This document shows positions 1-13,800 of a DNA stretch of 64,000 nt, one piece after another (position 1 is the first letter of the stretch; every line of letters starts with the position of its first letter). The translations under genes were made by a program, and so were the position numbers. The notes under the pieces are model-generated. The model did no database searches, had not been told where the DNA came from, and saw only the letters and a list, made by a program, of their open reading frames with translations. Source of the DNA: Tubulanus polymorphus (lineage: Eukaryota > Animalia > Nemertea); assembly GCF_964204645.1 (NCBI RefSeq), contig NC_134028.1, positions 26,284,345-26,348,344 on the forward strand, read 5' to 3'.

Positions 1-628
1 AGTAAAAATGTTTCTAATTTTTCGATTTTTCGAAATCAGTTTTCACCTTTTCATCCATTCTTAAACCGCGCATTTCATGGGCAAATGTTTCAATGATTAT
101 TTCTCGTGTTCTGCTGATAATTCTCTGTTGAATTGGAGCCAAGATTTAGTCTGAATATGTCAAAAACCAAAACGTGATTCGCGCACCGACCGGTACTACT
201 CGCTTGCCAGGGCGAATGGATCATTTAGGAGCATAAAAATTCATTTGGTTTATGAAAATCCTCACTAAACATCCTCATATTTTATATTAGTTTATGAAGA
301 ATAGATGGAGGAGTGACTGTTGTTTATAGGTATCCGTCCGTAATGCCGGTTTATACACCTAACCTCACTCACCTCTATTTCTCCACAGAAACATGACCCC
401 CGAGCGTAGTCATCTTGTCGCCCCCCTTGTTAACATCTTAATGTACTTAACTATACTCGATTTATTCCTGTTTCTAGTCATTTCATAGAAGCATCTATCT
501 CTGACTGGTATAAACACACATAGATAAATCCAGGGCAGTTAAAAAAGTTGTTTGTTTTTTAACATTTCCAGTTGTAAATTCGACTTAAAATTCGTGTGCG
601 AATTTCTAAAAACGGGCGAAGAAACAAG

Positions 629-2782
629 ATGGCGTCGAAAAAGGGCGTACCGGACGATGTGGCGTCGTTCGTTCCGGATAAAGTGAAAAAAGCGGAAAAA
701 CGAATCGAGGAATTCCCGTACGACACAGAGGCGTGGAGCGTGCTGATACGCGACGCTCAAACCAAACTGATTGAAGAGGCGCGAAAAACGTACGAACGCC
801 TCGTAAATCAGTTCCCGAACGCCGGCAAATACTGGAAAATATACATCGAGCAAGAAATGAAAGTGAAAAACTACGAACGCGTCGAAAAACTGTTTCAACG
901 ATGTCTGATGAAAGTTCTCAATATCGACTTGTGGAAGACTTACATCACGTATATCAAAGAAACGAAGAGTAAATTACCGTCGTATCGTGAAAAGATGGCG
1001 CAAGCGTACGATTTCGCGTTGGATAAAATGGGTATGGATATCATGTCATACGGCATCTGGTCGGATTATATCACGTTTTTGAAATCGGTGGAAGCTGTCG
1101 GTTCCTACGCCGAGAATCAGCGTATAACGGCCGTACGTAAGGTTTACCAGCGCGGAGTAATCAACCCGATGATCAGCATCGAGGCGTTGTGGAAGGATTA
1201 CTGTGCCTACGAAAACAGCATCAATCCGTTAATCGCGAAAAAAATGACCGAAGATCGTTCGCGCGATTACATGAACGCGCGTCGAGTGGCGCGCGAATAC
1301 GAGCTCGTGACGCGCGGGCTGAACCGGTCGACGCCGTCGACTCCTCCGCAGAACACGCCCGACGAGGCGAAACAGGTCGATCTGTGGAAGAAGTACATCG
1401 CGTGGGAACGGGGTAATCCGCTGCGTACGGAGGACCACGCGTGCGTCACTAAACGCGTTATGTTCGCGTATGAACAGTGTTTGTTGTGTTTGGGGCATCA
1501 TCCCGACGTCTGGTACGAGGCTGCGTCGTATCTCGAACAGTCGAGTAAATTACTCGCCGAGAAAGGCGATCAGAACGCCGGTAAGCTGTTCGCCGATGAA
1601 GCTGCCGCGATGTTCGAACGCGCGACGTCGACGCTGCTTAAAGAGAACGTATTGTTGTATTTCGCGTTCGCCGATTTCGAGGAAAGTCGCATGAAATACG
1701 AAAAAGTTCACGGCATTTATAAGAAATTGATCGGTATCGAAACGGTCGATCCGACGCTGCCGTACGTGCAGTATATGAAGTTCGCGCGACGCGCCGAAGG
1801 CATCAAATCGGCGCGTAACGTGTTCAAGTTGGCGCGTGAGGACGTGCGGTCGAATTTCCACGTATACGTGGCGGCCGCGCTGATGGAGTACTACTGCAGC
1901 AAGGACAAAACGGTCGCGTTCAAGATATTCGAACTCGGTTTGAAGAAATACGGTCACATCCCGGACTATATCACGGCGTACATCGATTACATGTCGCATC
2001 TGAACGAGGACAACAATACGCGTGTGCTGTTCGAACGCGTCCTATCGTCGGGGCAACTGACGCCCGAGTGCTCGCGAGAAATCTGGGGAAAATTCCTCGA
2101 TTTCGAGTCGAACGTCGGAGATCTGGCGAGCATTTTGAAAGTCGAGAAACGTCGCGCGCAAATCATCGAACAATTGCAGGAGTTCGTCGGCAAGGAAACG
2201 GCACTTCTGATCGACCGGTATAAATACATCGACCTGTATCCGTGTTCGACCAGCGAGTTGAAGGCTCTCGGTTACCGCGAGTTTACCAGACACGCGGCTA
2301 ACTCGCAACTAATCGACGCGCCCGCGAAGGACGAGAAAGAGTCGACCGACGGCGCCGATTACCGCACGGCGTTCCCGAGACCCGACACGCTTCAGATGAT
2401 TCCGTTCAAACCGAAACAGATCGTACCGACGAACGCGCACGTTGTATCCGGCGGGATATTCCCGGTGCCGCCGGCCGCGTCCGAGTTACTCACTCAGTTA
2501 CCTCCGCCGTTTAGTTTTCACGGTCCGTTCGTCGAAATCGATCGATTCCTCGCGTTCATGAAGGATATGAAATTACCGGAGTCGTACGCGGCAACCGTCG
2601 AGAACGGAACGGACACCGGTGGACGCATCGATCCGGGAACGGCCATCTCGATCGACGTCGCGATGAGTCGTAAACGTAAACAGGACACGGTCGCCGATGA
2701 AAGCGATGAAGAAGGGGACAGCCAGGCGGCGCCACCGGTCAATGATATATATCGCAGTCGACAACAAAAACGAGTGAAATAA
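629..2782 (+). CDS. CSTF3: Cleavage stimulation factor 77 kDa subunit (suppressor of forked orthologue), single-exon CDS, ~717 aa
   Basis: HAT-repeat protein with CstF-77 signature segments ([52 protein letters not shown]-terminal [10 protein letters not shown]). First ATG is at 629; the track ORF starts at an upstream GTG. A pyrimidine tract ending in CCAG at ~571 suggests a 5'UTR intron. Confidence 0.96.
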   Translation: MASKKGVPDDVASFVPDKVKKAEKRIEEFPYDTEAWSVLIRDAQTKLIEEARKTYERLVNQFPNAGKYWKIYIEQEMKVKNYERVEKLFQRCLMKVLNIDLWKTYITYIKETKSKLPSYREKMAQAYDFALDKMGMDIMSYGIWSDYITFLKSVEAVGSYAENQRITAVRKVYQRGVINPMISIEALWKDYCAYENSINPLIAKKMTEDRSRDYMNARRVAREYELVTRGLNRSTPSTPPQNTPDEAKQVDLWKKYIAWERGNPLRTEDHACVTKRVMFAYEQCLLCLGHHPDVWYEAASYLEQSSKLLAEKGDQNAGKLFADEAAAMFERATSTLLKENVLLYFAFADFEESRMKYEKVHGIYKKLIGIETVDPTLPYVQYMKFARRAEGIKSARNVFKLAREDVRSNFHVYVAAALMEYYCSKDKTVAFKIFELGLKKYGHIPDYITAYIDYMSHLNEDNNTRVLFERVLSSGQLTPECSREIWGKFLDFESNVGDLASILKVEKRRAQIIEQLQEFVGKETALLIDRYKYIDLYPCSTSELKALGYREFTRHAANSQLIDAPAKDEKESTDGADYRTAFPRPDTLQMIPFKPKQIVPTNAHVVSGGIFPVPPAASELLTQLPPPFSFHGPFVEIDRFLAFMKDMKLPESYAATVENGTDTGGRIDPGTAISIDVAMSRKRKQDTVADESDEEGDSQAAPPVNDIYRSRQQKRVK

Positions 2783-4887
2783 TAAAACGAGACTTTCACG
2801 AGCGCGAATGAAATCTGAATTTTAATCGATGACTTTTATTTGTACGAAGCGGATGTAAAAAAAGAACTGTTTCTGAATTTTTAAATTGACCTAAATTACT
2901 GTAAAACATAGTTCATCCTCTTCCGCAGTTGTGGTTCCAGTTCCGGATTCAGTTCCACAATTCTGGATTCAGTTCCACAGTTCTAGATCATTGACTGTTC
3001 TGTTTCATGGCTCTCTGATCAGTTGGAATCTAAACGAGTTGATTTCCTCTAAAGTTAAAATGAGTTGAACCGAATCCAGAGCTACAGTGAACCCTTGATT
3101 ATCCACCTAAACAAGCAGTTATACCCAACTGTGGCAGATATTCAATGGTTCAATTCTTCAATCATCGATCAAACTGATTTTTATAAATCACTTGTAAATT
3201 GTTTGCACGTATTGTACAGAGTAGACTCGGCGCTTGCCTCGGATCTAGTGAGGTCAATAAATCATCACAGGTGAATTATAGGCATCAATTTGTTACAATT
3301 TGCATGAATTGTGAGGAAATGTTAAAATTTTGAGGCAAGCGGAGTCTAATATAGTACGGTAGATGACTGCTGGTGTTGTTTACAGTCAACTGATTCTTCG
3401 TAAAAACTATAAACTCGTTTCTTAATTGTCTTCTTAAAACACATTGCATTTGAATCTTCTTTTAAAGATTGCCCTTCTTCTAACACAAGGGGGTCTGCAG
3501 ACGATGGGTGATTATTCGTACCTGGTTATAAATATCTTATCTCATTATAATCTGTAAATTAGTAGTGGCAGCTGCCACGGCGGGTTACACAATGTTTAGT
3601 TGTGACTTCTTGAGTGGATTACACAATGTTTGGTTGTGTTGTGACTCCCTGTATTTTGTAAACGTACCATATATACATGTATATACCGTAAATATTCATT
3701 TGTTGAGGAGCAAACATGAATAAACAAGAATTCATATTTTATAAATGTGTTTGAGTTGTTGTTAAAGATTTCTGCTTCGAAGGATTAATGCTGCAATACA
3801 CTAAAGACGCTCTCCGATGACTAGCTGATATGTAGGACACAATAGTAATGAATGATTCTGATAACTCGGGAGGAATGCTGGCCCGACCATATGGATGACC
3901 AAGGGGCTGACCCTGTAGGCAACACCCAAAGTTGACTCGCTATCATTCAGTCCCACGCAAAAAATGTTTGCCAGTTAAAGGGTTAATAATCCCTGGGGAT
4001 TGTTCCATCCTCTAAAGGCCATTGATATAAGGCCTGTTATGTTCAATCCTCCAATCACTGACCTAATTACAAAACATTGTGAGGATAAGCTATACTGTTT
4101 ACCTGTTATATTATGAGGTAACTTTTCATCCTTGGATATACCATCAATCAGCCAATACCTAACTATGACTAAAGAATCTCACGAGGATAGTTTCAATATT
4201 TAATTAACAATAAATGTTGAGGCTTTGAAAAAATCTACACTGATTTTTGACGAAACCATGAGAGACATGTATTGGGGCTCTTTGATGGTGGCACCCTCAT
4301 AAAGAAAAATCTAAAAGAGGTACTCCCAGTACCTACTTCACCAAGGACCATAAGAGCGCCCTCTTCTGTACCGTGATGCGAGGGAGAATGCACATGGAAT
4401 AAAAATTGGTCTATGAAAGTATTTCGTTCAATGTATTCTCCGAGATCTTCGTCTCAACTCGCCCAGAGTACCATCACAAGGAACAAAACAAACATAACAA
4501 TAGGTCTATGACATTCTTTGATGGTAAATGATTATACAATGATACAAAAAAAGGTATGATGATAAATCTAATGATCTTCTATGTACACTATTATCAAAGT
4601 TTAAATTTTCTTGAATTTTATCACATGAAATTCTGTTGCAAAGCAAGCTTTATTTACTTCCTCTACAAACTGCGCGCACAAACCGTGCGTACAGCCCTCT
4701 GTACAACTTTCGGAATTCCAAAATTCCGAGGATTCTGGTCATTTGAGACCCTATGTACAACGTGTTGTACAATCTTCGGGAAAATGGTGAAAATAAGTGA
4801 AATTCTTAAATACGAAGTCAATTGGACCAAACTTTGGCTCTGGATTCGCAGAGGATGTCCAATGTTCAGAAACCATAAAGTATTTGT

Positions 4888-7800
4888 TTAGTTTCTGTTG
4901 AATTTCTCTTGGACTTCTTTCTTGATTTGTAAAGCGACGTCAATTCTTCCCATCTGTTCTAGTTTATCAGTCAGTAAACCGATCGTTCCATTTTGTTTCT
5001 GTAGTACGAGAGATAGAGAAAAATGGTTAATGAATCATAATATCAACCCTAGAGGGAGCCATTAGTATCATTTGGCAGACATTTGAATATCAGTCTGTGA
5101 ACATCCCCCTCAGACAGGTGAAGTCATTCAGCGAGCAGATTGTCCAATGCTCTACTCACCCTGTACAGGTTCAATATGGCTTTAGTCGGACTTTCATCTT
5201 TACGAAGTTGTTCTTCCATATTTCGGAAATTTAGAAGTACCGCTAGATTTTTCCAGTTCTTTTTCTCAGAGTCTTCGACGTCGAGTAGTTTCGCGATGTC
5301 GTTCCATAGCCGCGCTGTTAGACTATCTACACGCACTGTTCAATAAAAACACATTCAAATAAAGTCAATCTGTAACACTTGGAGCCATCCCTTTCAGACA
5401 TTCACCATTTGTAGTGCTCAGGGCGGTTCTAGCCTTTTCTGTTTCCACAAAATATGACATTTAGACATGTTCAAGAAAAATCATTCGTTAAAAATAAGAA
5501 GTGGATGATAATCAGTTTTTAGGTGTGCCGAGGATGGTTCCAGGCTGTAAGGGGTGTAGGGCTGAGAGGGTTGCAGCATTCGGGCAGTTTGAAGAATCTA
5601 GTACCTAGCCATCGTTCCCCAAACAACGTAAGGAAACCCGTAACAAAGACTGGTATTCAGTCCAGGTAGAGAGGGGAATAGGTTCCAGGTTGACTGGAGT
5701 CTACGAGCGATTACTCACCTGCTCTGTGATGTTCATACTGAAGTACGGATGAACTGAGAGCTGTTTGAGTCACGTGACTGTCACATGGTATTTTACCGCT
5801 TTCCTCGTCACGTTGAACCATTCTATAAATCTTCTCCGGCCGTAACGATTTAATAACAGTTAAATCATCGTAATGAGTGATTATATCAACTATCTGTAAT
5901 CAATCAAGTTCTTTATTATAGGAAATTATCAAATTTGTATCTGTTTAACTGTAACTGTTTTTATACTATATATTACATCTCAATGCATTATCAGTCTTTA
6001 CTTTGTTCTGTTCTATTGGATATAATACTGTACGATTCAGGGTCAGAAAAATATTTTCACCACTGGTGGATCCAAGGGGGCTTATGAGACTCATACAAGT
6101 GTATTTCAGTGCGATATTGCTTTTTTGGACCCTTTTGGACTGTGAAAAGTGCTTCAAAATTGGCTTCTGAATCCACCACTTCTACAGAGACATGAACTGA
6201 TAAGATCCAACTTGAGCATACTCTAACGCGTGTTAAAAGTTATATTCAATTCACACCTTTTCATGACCCATAAACTGAGCGAATTCTAACGGCGTCCATC
6301 TGTCCAAATCCTGCTCTTCGTCAGTAGCCTCGTGCGGTACAGCGCACGTAATCTGCGGATTTGCATCGGCGGTCATTAATAAAGCCACAATCGCGTTCAA
6401 TCCATTCATAGCCGCTATATGTAAACACGTTCGACCGTCTAAATCAACGGCATCGATATCAACATCGGTCTGCAAAAAAAATGATGGTTAACAAAATTTA
6501 AAGAAAAAAATCAGAAATATGAGATCAGTTGGTTTGGTTTCATTGGATATGATGAATAATCTGAGCTAATCAACTCTAGACTCACACTAGACTCTTATAT
6601 TCATTACATAGTTTTCATACATTCTACCTCAATGAGGCTGAAGTGACTCGGCGAAATTGATCGCGCTGTAATATCTCTACCAAAAGTCTACCGAAGACAC
6701 TGTATTAATACTTACTTCACTCAATAAGTAAGAAACGATTCGACAGTTATTCTGATTGACGGCGTAATGAAGAGCAGTTCTCCGCGACGTTTGATCCGCT
6801 ATATTCACATCGATTCCGGCTTCCACGCAAGCTTTAACACATTTAAAACTTGCGGCTTTCACCGCTTCGTGTAATATCGACAAACCTTTCAACGAGAAAA
6901 TTATACACAACTTCAGGTAAATCTATATGAAACAGTTTAAACCCTGGCATCCCTTCTGACAATCTATAACCTAAACCCTGGCATCCCTTCTGACAATCTT
7001 TAACCTTAACCCTGCATCCCCTCTGACAATCTGCAGCCTGGAACCTGCATCCCCTCAGACAATCTACAGCCTAAACCCTGGCATCCCTTCTGACAATCTA
7101 TAATCTAAACCCTGCATCCCCTCTGACAATCTATAACCTAAACCCTGGCATCCCTTCTGACAATCTATAATCTAAACCCTGCATCCCCTCTGACAATCTG
7201 CAGCCTGGAACCTGCACTCCTTCAGACAATCTACAGCCTAAATCCTGCACCCTCTCAGACAATCCGCACCCTACCTCTCGTCAAAAAAATCTATAACCTG
7301 GACCTTGTAACCCCTTAGATATAAGACAGCTTATCGCCACATTTCAAAAAGTGTTCGTCCACACTTTATTGTGTTCAGGACTTTACGAAAGACAGTTCTA
7401 AATGAAAATGAGCTACAAATACCAGATATTAGACATCCTTTCTGTGAGTGAATGGCGTTACAGGCTGAATTAAAAAATATCTCAATCCTAAATCTAACAT
7501 TTTCATTTTCTCACCTTCATGATTTTGTGAATTGAGCCATGATTTTTCATTCAATGTTCGTGGACACGTGTAATCTTTATATTGCAGCAGCTCAATGAGA
7601 CATTCTGGTTTGTTATAACGAGCTGCGAGGTGAGCCGGTAAATTGCCGTGACAATCCAGTAACGTTGGGTTCGCTTTACTAATCAATAATTCTTGAAGAA
7701 TCTGCTGACAACCGATCATTACGCACAGGTGTAAATATGTCTGCAACAGAATTGTCATTTGAAATTACATTAGATTGTTAGATCGATGTACAACTGGATC

Positions 7801-10800
7801 TGTGGAACTGGGTCCAGAATTGTGGAACTGATCCTGAACTGGTTCCTGAACTGTGGAACTGTTTCTAGCACTGTGGACCTGGATCCAGAACTGAACAAAT
7901 GGCTCTATAACTGGGTCCAGAACTGGGGAACTGGGTCTAGAACTGCATAACTTGGTCTAGAACTGTGGAACTGGGTCCAGAATCATGGAACTAAGTCCTG
8001 AAGTTTTGACTTACCTGACCACTCTCATTTCGAATATCCAGTACATCCCAATCCGATATCGTCAATGCAACTTCAATCAGAATCTTACAGATGTTCACTT
8101 GATTGTTTAAAATCGCTAATCCAAGAGCCCTATAGAATTACATTACAGATTGAATTAATATAATTACATCTAGGAGGATCTCTATTAGCAATGACTGGAA
8201 CTAGAATCATTGAAATACGTACGTATCACCCTCACTGTCCTGAGTAGCGATCAGATATCTCGCAGTATAAACTAGATGTCTAGTATCACCAGTAACAGCC
8301 CATTTCTGTAGAGCATTACTCATTCTTTTAGCGAGCATCATTGACGCTTCATCTGTGAAATACATACAAAACAATTAGAAACATTAAAGGATTAAGAGAG
8401 GTCTGGATTTCTGGAGTGTGTTTAGTTATATATCGTGGAAATTATGGATATCAGGGGCAGATCGAGGGGAAAGGATTTGAGGATCTTAGAAAAGTTTTTA
8501 GGGTGTATTCATTAGATAAGTGACAAGAAAGATATTCTTTCCAGAATCGTGCTTGAAGACATTGCCCTTTCAGATTTGTTTTGCCCTTTTAGACCAGAAG
8601 GACATGTAAAGAAACTTAGTCAATAGTATTATTCCATGAATTTTCCAGGTTTTTTTTGCAAAATTTGTCTGATTTTTCTGATACCCTGGTTTTCCAGGTT
8701 TACCCAGGTCCCACCCTGATTATCATGATAAGATATACCTGTAACTTCTCTTAAATCATCGACGTTGCGAGACTCAGTTTGTGAATATCCATCTTTACGA
8801 CTGTGTACGATATCTATTGCTTGTTGTTTAGATCCAGCGAACCAATGCGCTATCCCGCTTGTCTCGATGTTTTTCCCGCGCTGCTCTGTTTTCGAATCGT
8901 AACTAGTCGTATCGGTTTCACCGCCTAACGACAAATGTTTCATACCGCGCGCAAAACTGGCTGAATCCGACTCAGCGTTCGATTGAAGCGCGCCTTTCGA
9001 AATTCTCGACCCTCGAACATCTGCGAAATAATCAAATAATCAAACATTAAACACAAAATTTCTGAAAAATCTTCAAATCAGCAGGTTTTAATGATCTTAA
9101 AGCGGTGCGGTGTATAAACTGGTGATGGACTTTGCTAGTATAGCGCATCACCATGTATTGATGTAATCAGTTTGTATCCCTATTGAAAGATAAGAATTTC
9201 CGGGGAAAACCCAGAACCCTTTGAAAAGACAGAGTGAATTTTTCGCACGGATGACACCTCGCGCCGTTAGATATGAGTCGGGCCTATGTCAACTGGTCCT
9301 GCATTACTATAATACAAAATACTATGATACACAGTATTTCCGGTTGATTTTTATATATAACAAGTTTATGTTATTTCTTTTAGTAAAGTCAAGGTTTACA
9401 TATAATATAAGATTTGACGAGGTGCCTTCCAAAATCATGACCTTTTGTCATTTAGCAATTATGTTACTTACGCGATGATTTATCTTTAATAGAGTCTATA
9501 CCGCTGTCCAAACCACTATTCATCATTTCTATATGATCTGAAATATTGAGTTTATCTCGATTAAACAAACGCCGATCATCGAATGAGATTTCAATCGATG
9601 AGATTTTGATTCAGACAATTTACCGGGGTCAGGAGTTTTAATCGTGCGACTCGCGTGTCCATTGGCAGACCGTATACGCAAACATCGATCCATTAAATTT
9701 TCATTCACTTAAATAAAAACAAGATGTACAGTCAGCAACTACGACAAGGGGTCGCCATGCATACACTTGGAGAAATGTGTGACAATCTGACCATTTCAGC
9801 ATTCAACACCCCTCGGTGAATTCGATACAGTTATCAATTATCTTGAAACTCACCACAATCATAAAACTTGTCATGAGTTAGAGTTTTCTTTTGATTGTGG
9901 TTACAAAATATGCATCAGGAACAATATGTATGGAAATACCATGTTGTTTTGGGCTGCAGATTGTGTCTATGCAAACGTAAAGACAATCAATTGAAGCGTC
10001 TTCAGAACTTCCCGAAATCACTGGATTTCATCAATAGCCCGCAGGGACTGAAGTTCTGAGCGTGGAACTGTGCGTTAGATGTAGAGAATGATAGTTTTAC
10101 CTGCTGATTTATAAATAGGCGTAAACACGCTCGTATTGCTGTAAAAATCGATTTTCTTTTTGCGTTTTCTCATTATTTCTTCGTGGTCTGAAAATAAACG
10201 GGGTCCAAAACTAAGATAAACTCGGACATCAAGCAGTTTGAATGTTTTTATATCATATTATCTTAATGACCAAAACTGTCATATTTTCTCATTATTCAAT
10301 GGCTTTTTATCTGCACTTCAAGCTCGCGATGACGTAAATGATAAGATATTACGAAGTCACTTTGACGTGTTTTTTTCGTAGATTACATTGTTCAAAACAT
10401 ATTTACGTTTTTGATGTTTGCTAGAACGGAAATAGCTTCGTTCAGAACGGAAATAGTGACACAAAAATCAAGTATGTACATACTTGATTTGCCCTACAAT
10501 CACGTACCTATCTTATAGAAATGTGTAGATATCATGAACGATAAAGCGTGGTAACTCAATACCAATGAACGATGCCACAATTTATGACATCTAAACTTTA
10601 TTTTCTATAACCGTTTCTAAATCTAAACCTCATCTTCAAGAGAGTTGACAAAAAGTGACAATAACAAACTGTTTCTTCAGATGATGTTCCTAACCTATTT
10701 ATTCCCAGTATCATCCTACATTTTTGAAAATACTAGTATATCATTATAATTTTTCAAATATTTCACAACGGGGACTCGTATCTGCAAAAACAATGATTGT

Positions 10801-13800
10801 TAAATCCAGGGTCTGTAATACGTTTTATTTCATATACTTTATAGTATAGACCCTATACACAGGGCCTCGTATCAGCATTGTTGGTACCGCAAAAACAATA
10901 ATGCGTTTAATCCGGTGTCAATTGATATTTCAGCTATAGACACTGGATTAGACAGATAATCGTTTTTACAGGATCAACAACTCTGATCCGAGCCCCTGTG
11001 CTGATATGGAATGAAAGCCTACTCACCAGCTTGTGGATAGTAAGTAAAACTGACAGAATCGCTGACATCATTCGGATCCGATTTACGTATCAATCGTACA
11101 TTAACGTTTATCGCTTGTTGTATGTCTGTATTCCAATACGGAGGAGTTCGAAATACAATACAACACTGAAAATACATCACACTATTAATACATCAATTCA
11201 GTTTGACTGTAACGTCACACGAATAAGGTCTTTCATACTTTGAGAGGTGTAGCGGTCAAATGGTTTACCCATTGGACACTAGTCTCTTTATCAATCTAAC
11301 GAGGGTGGCAGAGTTTCTTGATCTAGGGCTCTTCTCTAACCTTTCCCATTAATTGGGAAAAGGAAGCTTCAACCTGCTAATAATACCCTGAGTGCAACTC
11401 AACTACCCTGAGTGTAACTCAGGGGTTGAGGGCAAAATTAAACCTCAACTTCACTAATACCCTGAGTGCTCTTTGGGTCTAGGAGAAAAAGAAATTTTGA
11501 ACCTGCCCATAATAGAGAGTTGAGAGATATGAATAACTTGATGAGTATCATTTTAGTTCATCTCACCTGCCGATGAACATCTGATGGACCAAATTTTCCC
11601 AATTGCTGCCAACTTATTCTGTTCATCGGATCAATTTCATAAAATAGCACATTAACGTCATCTAAAAAACACAATACAAATACAAAATACTGAAATACTG
11701 GGGTGTATTTACTCCTTAAAACTAATAAAACATAATATTAGAACTAACCTCTTGGCACCTTTTCACACAGTAAAAATACTTCATCCCCACCGGTGCATGA
11801 CCCAGCGCCTCGGGACATACGACATATCTTCAGTTGATTAGAACTCGGAGATTCTGCATGAAGAGACGAGATTCAAATAACTAAATCCATATTAACACAT
11901 TTAATAATGGTGATAATAATAGCACAGTAAAACTAGCGAAAGTCGGATTGGTCTAAATTGGAAAAGTTGGCCAAAGTAATGAGGACTGCAAATTTAGGTA
12001 ATGACATTGCAAGGGCATTGCTGCGCGAGGTCAATGGTCCCTACAGATCAGTCATTCCTGGATATGAGGAGTTTTCAAGCAGTTTCAAAGGAGAAAATTG
12101 TAAATTTCAAGGAAGCATCTGCATCACTTTCATATCCCAATTACTATTGACTTCAACTTCATCTAAATCAGTACGGTACTTACTGCTGTCATAAATAGGA
12201 TTCGAATAAACAGGATTTAACATGACCGTGAAGTTTCCATTCACATCTGGTAAATAAGCCTTCCAACAAATATGTACGACATTTAATTGTATCAAATCCA
12301 AATGTTGTTTAACGTCGTTATGAATAGCAGTTCTTTCAGCAGCTGAAATAGAGATATAACATTCACAAACAGGTTGAGAATAATTGGAAGGCGGGATCCA
12401 AAAGTAAAGAATGATACCAGGGTGGCCACTTTTATTTGACTTGCTTTTTCCCCCGACTATTCCCTGACATGCGCGTTGTGTTTTCCCTGACTTGATCTGC
12501 TAAGAATCCAATCAATTAACACAGTTAAACACATAAAACATAGACTGAAACTGTTTGATTTTATGGGGTGGTCACTTTCCACCAATTTACCAATTCCTCG
12601 AGGTTTTTGATGGAGCGAAAACCCACGATATAAATCGAAAACCACTGCTATTGTTTTACTCCTGGGAAAAGAAACAATGGAAGTTGTTTTAGGTTTTTAT
12701 TGTGGGTTTCGCTCAATGATATTCAAGACTGGAAACAGTCTGAACTATTCACATCTCTCAGTTTTCCCCAAGTTTTCCATGTTATAACACAAGATTCCCG
12801 AAACCTCAACGGGAAGACAGAGGGATGCGGACACCCTGAAAATGTCCCCATCAATCATCCCCAGCTTATTTGTGCGTTTCTTATATTATTTTGCGACCAT
12901 TCATTTATTATTCACCCATTAAATTCTGATTTTAACCACCTATACTTAAGCATATGGCCATTTAGAGACGCCTGCATGCGTGCTTAAAAAACATATATTG
13001 TTACCATTAAACATTCAATTCTAAGTATTTTCATAGAGTTCTATGGTATTTTTAAACGGATGAGTATTACTATTGTGTAAGCGATGGTCAGAAACATCCG
13101 CTTTTCAGACAGATTCACGCTATATTTCATATTGATATTAGATCAGTAGTGCCGAGTATTGTAACGCATATAGTTTTTGGCGTATTGGCTTTCGAACCTT
13201 TCGTCGCATATCAGTAGTTTGTGGTCTAAGAAATTCCTTGTACAAGATATATCATTTGACCCCCCTCCCTCGTACAGACATAACTCCCCTCCTCCCCAAC
13301 GTCCCTCTATTTACCGGTAAGATGGAAATCTTTCTGTCCAGTTTTTAGCCCATATTGCGATCGTTTTGAAGCTACAACTTGCTCTTCTAAAACCGTCAAT
13401 ATATTCTTTTTCGTCGCGTGTTCGACGCTCATGTTTGGAAATCTGTAAATCATAAAAATCATTGTTGATCATCGTTTTAAAAAGATTAATGTACAGGGTA
13501 CATAGGCGGCTGGTTTGGTTAACTTTTAAGCTCAGCAGAAATGAGAATCAAGGTAACGGTATCAATATTTTTGGCCTAATATTTGATTTGTTTGAAAGAT
13601 CAAAATGAGAATACTAATAACACCGGTAAAACTGGGGTCAAAATTCATCCATAGCGAAATCAAATTTCTGGATCCAGTTTCACAGTTGTATCTATGACTC
13701 CATACCCAGTTGCAAAGACATGTGGGTTTAATTTGACTGTGGATCCGGTTCCACAGTGGAATGGGTTTAATTTGACCGTGCATCCAGTTCCACAGTGGAA

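Noticed and set aside
539-2799. Several antisense and alternate-frame ORFs overlapping CSTF3
   Set aside because: Shadow ORFs from a GC/CpG-rich coding sequence, with no recognisable motifs.
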